Assembly: GCA_964016885.1 (NCBI GenBank)
Contig: OZ024745.1
Span: 112,220,001 to 112,284,000 of the forward strand
Reading direction: 5' to 3'
Length of the DNA: 64,000 nt
Source of the DNA: Eledone cirrhosa
Lineage: Eukaryota
The position numbers and the translations under genes are program-made. Below, piece after piece: positions 57,077 through 64,000 of the stretch. Below the pieces are notes generated by a model. The model did not search any database, had not been told where the DNA came from, and saw only the letters and a list, made by a program, of their open reading frames with translations. The first letter of the stretch is position 1. Each line of letters starts with the position of its first letter.

Positions 57077-57530
57077 TGTATATATAGTGTATTTTGCAAT
57101 ACACTGTATGCTTCATTAAAAGCATTTCGAAGACCTTATGCTATTGTTTTAGAGTAGTGCCAGATTCACTTACTTTAATTTCAGCAAACAGGAAGAGATA
57201 AAGCTGACAAGGCCTTGTTTCGCATTTATTGATGCTTATCAAAGCCAACTACTCCTCCTGTTTGCTGAAATCATGGATGTTTGGTTCTTATAGAATTCTA
57301 GTAAATAATCAGGAATTGTTTATACAGAGCGGTTGCCGGTCAAGCAGAAATTGAAAATTAGAATTGGTGCTCTGAAATAGCTATATATATATGAATGTAT
57401 ATATACAGTGTATTTTGCAATACACTGTATGCTTAATTAAAAGCATTTCGAAGACCTTATGCTATTGTTTTATACATTCATATATATATACATTCATATA
57501 TATATATACATTCATATATATATAGCTATT
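57070..57530 (-). mobile_element. Second retrozyme-like element, ~1.25 x 319-bp unit
   Basis: 57074-57150 repeated at 57393-57470; short inverted end 57471-57530; HHR inside; (TA)n flanks. Confidence 0.7.
57178..57271 (-). ncRNA. Hammerhead ribozyme with U3-A8 core on an extended stem I
   Basis: GGCT-TTGATAA-GCAT-caataa-ATGC-GAA-ACAAGGCCTTGT-C-AGCT (57202-57246), enclosed by atttcagcaaacagga / tcctgtttgctgaaat. Confidence 0.75.
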
Positions 57531-57640
57531 ATATATATGAAATATACAAAACATTGATGGCTAGCCACGTACACATATGTGTGAACCCACTAGCTAAATA
57601 AAAGTCAGAACACTCCACATTTCTGCTTATCGACCTTGCA

Positions 57641-58430
57641 TTATATATTTCCTGGGATTGGCAGTATCGGTAGAGGGTCGGACGCCATGCTTTGCAGCAT
57701 AGAGTTACAGCCCTTTACGGTCTGAGTTCAAATCCCGCCGAGGTTAAATTTGCCTTTCACTCTTACGAGGTCGATAAAATAAAGTACCAGTAATGCACTG
57801 GGATAATTGCTGGCCTTGTGCCAAAAGTAGAAGCAATTATATATTTCCTGAGATTGGCAGTATCGGTAGAGGGCCGGACGCCATGCTTTGCAGCATAGAG
57901 TTACAGCCCTTTACGTTCTGAGTTCAAATCCCGCCGAGGTTAAATTTGCCTTTCACTCTTACGCGGTCGATAAAATAAAGTACCAGTAATGCACTGGGAT
58001 AATTGCTGGCCTTGTGCCAAAAGTAGAAGCAATTATATATTTCCTGAGATTGGCAGTATCGGTAGAGGGCCGGACGCCATGCTTTGCAGCATAGAGTTAC
58101 AGCCCTTTACGTTCTGAGTTCAAATCCCGCCGAGGTTAAATTTGCCTTTCACTCTTACGCGGTCGATAAAATAAAGTACCAGTAATGCACTGGAATAATT
58201 GCTGGCCTTGTGCCAAAAGTAGAAGCAATTATATATTTCCTGAGATTGGCAGTATCGGTAGAGGGCCGGACGCCATGCTTTGCAGCATAGAGTTACAGCC
58301 CTTTACGGTCTGAGTTCAAATCCCGCCGAGGTTAAATTTGCCTTTCACTCTTACGCGGTCGATAAAATAAAGTACCAGTAATGCACTCGGTTAATTGCTG
58401 GCCTTGTGCCAAAAGTAGAAACAGTTATTA
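57641..58430 (+). repeat. Four head-to-tail SINE family 1 copies, 196-bp period
   Basis: SINE heads at 57657, 57853, 58049 and 58245, each preceded by ttatatatttcctg. Confidence 0.93.
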
Positions 58431-58750
58431 TCTCGCCTCTGAAGAAATGACATGAAAGGCTGGTTCAAATGTCATACGCATTTCATAAAACTGTGTATGA
58501 TACATTGGCGTATCACACACTTCAGTGGACTGATGAACTGTCGATTGAATGACTTCTTGTTATTGAGAAGTTGTTATTCCACCCAATCTGGAAAGATGAG
58601 TATGAACATTGGCGAGGAGAGACTATTAACTCACAACATAAAGTAACGTAAAATAATCTCGACGGGTTCTCATCTGGTTCTACATATAAATTAATATGTT
58701 GATTAGAGTATAAGTGTTGTGTCTGTTTAACACCGCATCGCCTATTTCAG

Positions 58751-58751
<1 letters not shown>

Positions 58752-58804
<53 letters not shown>

Positions 58805-58857
58805 AATACAAATACAAATACACACACAACCATTCCTCCTTTCTCCGCACACAAACC

Positions 58858-58925
<68 letters not shown>

Positions 58926-58937
58926 CACACACACACA

Positions 58938-58974
<37 letters not shown>

Positions 58975-58998
58975 ATACACACACCCATACACACACAC

Positions 58999-59038
<40 letters not shown>

Positions 59039-59310
59039 GCACACACACACACACACATACACACACCCATACACGCACACACACGCACACACACACACAC
59101 ACACACACACGCGCACCCCCCCCCACACCCCCCACACACATACACACACAGACACACACACACATACACGCATACACACACACACACACGCGCACACACA
59201 CACATATACAAACACACGTACACACACATACACACATACACACACACACTCACACACACACAGACACACAGACACACACACATACACACACACAGATACA
59301 CACGCATGCA
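58752..59310. repeat. (CA)n compound microsatellite
   Basis: Direct inspection. Confidence 0.95.
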
Positions 59311-59587
59311 CACGAAGTATTAGCAGTATGCTGAATAATATCTGTTTAGAGATTGATTTCAGAGTAAAACATCCAATAGTGAATGAGTTGGGATTTCTTG
59401 CTGTTAAAACTTGTATGGTTTCCACAATATGGCTGAGCACTAACATCCATTAGAGGAACTCTTGGAAGTTGTAAGGAAAGGAATGTTGAAATCAGATGAC
59501 AAGTCAACCAAGAAAGATAGGTTGTATTCGTTTCAGCATCTCAGAAAAACATATCAGAATCACTAATTTCATTTGGTATATTGCTTT

Positions 59588-59619
<32 letters not shown>

Positions 59620-59622
59620 TAG

Positions 59623-59845
59623 TGAAGGCGTGTGGCTGAGTGGTTAGAGAATTGTATTCGCAATCGTAAGGTTGTGAGTTCGATTCCTGGACCAGGCGAT
59701 GCGTTATGTCCTTGAGCAAGACACTTTATTTCACGTTGCTCCTTCTACCTGGAGTTGCGACCGATAGATAGTATTAGCAATTGGAAAGACCAACGGAAAC
59801 ATTGTTCCCTCGGTCCGATTTGACAAAAAAGTCGATCGTTCCTTC
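59623..59845 (+). mobile_element. SINE family 2
   Basis: A-box TGGCTGAGTGG, B-box GAGTTCGATTCC, tgtccttgagcaagacact core. Confidence 0.85.
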
Positions 59846-59992
59846 ATATATATATATATATATATATGAATCTCTTTGTAGAAAGAGGGATACGATGAAA
59901 CTAAATATTTGACGCAAAAAAAAAAAAACGTATGGTTAAATCCTAGAAAAGGAGTTCCCGATGAGAATATGTGCATGTATATATATATATAT

Positions 59993-60400
59993 GTAGGAGG
60001 TGAGTTTTATTGTAGTACAATAAAGCAATGCAGATATCGGATAAGAAGCACTCTACAGTTTGTAGGACTGGAGTATATATAAGAACAAAAGATGGTTAAA
60101 AGAGTTCCATGTATTTTATTATGCGCATTTCAAAAACAAATATCATCATGCAATAATATTTGTGTTTTCATCAGATAAAACAGGAAGACATGATATGAAG
60201 GTTAAAAAACACTTGTGGATAGTGCAGTTTGATATGTTGATTTAAAACTGAACTATCCACAAGTGTTTTTTAACCTTCATATCATGTCTTCCTGTTTTAT
60301 CTGATGAAAACACAAATATTATTGCATGATGATATTTGTTTTTGAAATGCGCATAATAAAATACATGGAACTCTTTTAACCATCTTTTGTTCTTATATAT

Positions 60401-60403
<3 letters not shown>
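59993..60403 (-). mobile_element. Fold-back remnant, family B (copy 2), with HHRs at 60112-60182 (-) and 60293-60363 (+)
   Basis: Homologous to 39995-40446 in the opposite orientation. Confidence 0.85.
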
Positions 60404-60443
<40 letters not shown>

Positions 60444-60532
60444 GGAAAATATGAAACGAAATTTCATTTCCCACTCTTAGTACGGATGTATGTACGTGTA
60501 CATACTTATATATATGTATGTACGTGTACATA

Positions 60533-60579
<47 letters not shown>

Positions 60580-60714
60580 AAATGTGTGAGATCCCTGGTA
60601 CAGTTAGGTATATTTGAAAAAAAGGAAAAGAACGACTTCACTTGTAGTGTTAAAAAATGTTGATTTAATTTTATAATATTATAATATTATGAGTTGGTAG
60701 ATCTCTCTCTCTCT

Positions 60715-60774
<60 letters not shown>

Positions 60775-60783
60775 TCACTCACT

Positions 60784-61034
<251 letters not shown>

Positions 61035-61220
61035 CATATACATATATACATATACATATATTTATATATATATATATATTATTTCATTCCTTGTATTTTG
61101 ATCATGCTTTATTTTTATTTTTATCTTTATTTTTTATTTTTTCATTCGCACCGTTTCCTTTCGCTATATGTCTCTCTACCACTCCCCTACACACCCTTTG
61201 AACTCTATTCCCACTCACTT

Positions 61221-61256
61221 CTCACCTGAGGAAGGGCTTATGCCCGAAACGTCGTC
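61221..61256 (+). ncRNA. Minimal hammerhead core in a TA-anchored remnant (~61080-61347)
   Basis: CTGAGGA-A-GGGC-ttat-GCCC-GAAA-CGTC; stem I is weak. Confidence 0.6.
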
Positions 61257-61345
61257 CCCCACCAATACCCCACTCTCCAGAGCGTGAAATTAATAAACAT
61301 TCGTTGTACTGCCTCTCTGTTTTGTCCCTGTTCAAATTTTTCCAT

Positions 61346-61479
<134 letters not shown>

Positions 61480-61484
61480 TATAC

Positions 61485-61515
<31 letters not shown>

Positions 61516-61516
<1 letters not shown>

Positions 61517-61950
61517 AATATATTAATAAATAGGAACTATATTTATAAAACCATATTTATTTTATTATACAATTATATTTAATTTAAATAAACCGTTATC
61601 TTTTCAACCTTTCGGACACTCATTTGCATACTCACTCATAATTTCGTATCACCCTCAATAAATGTAATATCTCCACTTTCCAGGAAGCTCCAACCGTTAA
61701 GGTTGTCTTTTTTTCCGGGTATGTCAATATTTATTTATAAAACAATTCTGTATTTTATCCGATGAAAGCGCACCATAATTTGCCTTGGTGGCCCTTGAAA
61801 TATGTATAATAAAATAAATATGGTTTTATAAATATAGTTTTCATTTATAATATATTGTGTATTTACTCCACTAACCAGTTCAGTGCTCTATATCAGTTAT
61901 AAAAAAATGTTTAAGCTTGTTAAATCCCAACAAATGAAATATAACCTCTG
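61516..61950 (+). mobile_element. Family F copy 2 with HHR at 61751-61816 (core CCGATGA)
   Basis: Homolog of 40553-41272; stem I TATTTTAT/ATAAAATA. Confidence 0.75.
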
Positions 61951-61969
61951 ATATATATATATGTATATG

Positions 61970-62031
<62 letters not shown>

Positions 62032-62032
62032 T

Positions 62033-62259
62033 GTTTGCTCTCAGATTAGAGCAAACATCACGGGCACTCTATCTCAAAATTATTTTTGAAAAGCATTAGA
62101 AATGCGCAACCGGTAAAACTTAAAACCAAAACTGAATACTAACCAATACTATTACTCATTTTTACTTATTCCTAATTAAACTATTTTCACTGGGAACAAT
62201 TTGTCAGCATTTTCTTTTCCTTTTACCAATATATCATAACTCGTGTGTTACACCTCTAT

Positions 62260-62265
<6 letters not shown>
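62033..62265 (+). mobile_element. Family D copy 2
   Basis: Homolog of 53258-53445; starts with a small hairpin gtttgctct..agagcaaac. Confidence 0.75.
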
Positions 62266-62296
<31 letters not shown>

Positions 62297-62297
<1 letters not shown>

Positions 62298-62612
62298 CGT
62301 TTCTGAATTTGTTTAGCAAGATTCTTTATCTGAAATCGCGTGTTGAAACCGATATTGTTATACTTTGGGAGGGTCATGTTGCCAATAAGAAACACACGCA
62401 CCAGTTGCTTTCACTTCAATTTATTATAATAAATTTATAAATTTATAAATTTCTGGTTGGTTGGTTGGTTGGACAATATATAAACAACTATCTGGTTGTG
62501 GAACCAACGAACCAACCAGAAATTTATAAATTTATAAATTTATTATAATAAATTGAAGTGAAAGCAACTGGTGCGTGTGTTTCTTATTGGCAACATGACC
62601 CTCCCAAAGTAT

Positions 62613-62620
<8 letters not shown>
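62297..62620 (-). mobile_element. Fold-back remnant, family E
   Basis: Arms 62351-62470 / 62503-62620; homolog of 29273-29435. Confidence 0.82.
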
Positions 62621-63245
<625 letters not shown>

Positions 63246-63291
63246 CGTGTGTGTACGGTTGTCCTTCTTGTTCCTATAACCATGCCAACTA

Positions 63292-63329
63292 CGGGCTGAG
63301 GATCCGCTAAGGTGAAACAATTGTTCTCG
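63292..63329 (+). ncRNA. Minimal hammerhead ribozyme in a TA-anchored remnant (63257-63428)
   Basis: CGGG-CTGAGGA-TCC-gctaa-GGT-GAA-ACAATTGT-T-CTCG; related fragment at 45816-45860 (minus). Confidence 0.75.
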
Positions 63330-63424
63330 GTATGGTGAACTAACTGTTGTGTAACCACTGCTACTTATGTCGTCCCTTGGACTGAGTGCTCTACCACTAC
63401 GGATATTACCTTCCAGTGTTCCAC

Positions 63425-63472
<48 letters not shown>

Positions 63473-64000
63473 ATTATATATGTTCTGGCTCGTTAATTTA
63501 TTAACCTGCTATTGAACCACATTGGCATACGGTTGGATAATACATATGTTCCTATTCGTTTTTTGCGTGTAGGGATATATACTTTATTATTATTATTATT
63601 ATTCTACCCCTGGTCGAGATGAAGTCTAGTCATTTTGACTACTGCTATTTATAGTGGTAGTAACCTCCCTGCCTCTGCTTCTATCTTTGCACACGGCACT
63701 GGGCAGAATTGCTTCCACATCATTCATTCTCATCTCGGGAACAATTTTGAATAGCGCCAGTTCGTAATTTGAACTCGGGAATTTTATATTCTCCGAGTGA
63801 AAAGAACCTTCTGACGAGAGTTTATCTTTTCAATGGAAGCCCGCAAGGACTTTCCATTTATTTTTGAGACTCGAAACCGATTCGGTAAAGGTAACCATAG
63901 TAAGTATAGTTAATTTTTTGAAATTTATTTTGAAACTTTTTCTTATTTGCTAAACCTTGATTATATATATATATATGGGCTATAGATTCCATACACTGGT

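Noticed and set aside
57655-57740. tRNA genes at SINE heads
   Set aside because: A and B boxes are present, but there is no complete cloverleaf and they always continue into the SINE body

Overview
AT-rich, repeat-saturated metazoan non-coding DNA. The SINE and LINE repertoire and the long (TA)n/(CA)n tracts suggest a coleoid cephalopod such as Octopus (inference). No host gene can be called with confidence. The only long ORF (308-2218, minus) is a 5'-truncated Penelope-like retroelement (PLE; RT + GIY-YIG) flanked by inverted pseudo-LTRs. The window also has ~25 copies of a tRNA-derived SINE, a second SINE family, decayed RTE, L1/Tx1 and R4/Dong-type LINE fragments, a pogo/Tigger deletion derivative, several MITEs, non-autonomous Helitrons, a probable solo LTR and a 200-N gap. 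The main hidden signal is about a dozen families of short non-coding elements sitting in (TA)n microsatellites. Most carry a type I hammerhead ribozyme (HHR) that can be folded by eye, and many end in a fold-back palindrome. The clearest is a near-identical 4.5 x 472-bp head-to-tail array (48311-50651) with one HHR per full unit and an inverted 5' end. This looks like a retrozyme (circular-RNA-derived) family mobilised by PLE machinery. Several HHRs have non-canonical cores (U3-A8, A4, C13), some shared between independent copies. All folds are manual and untested.
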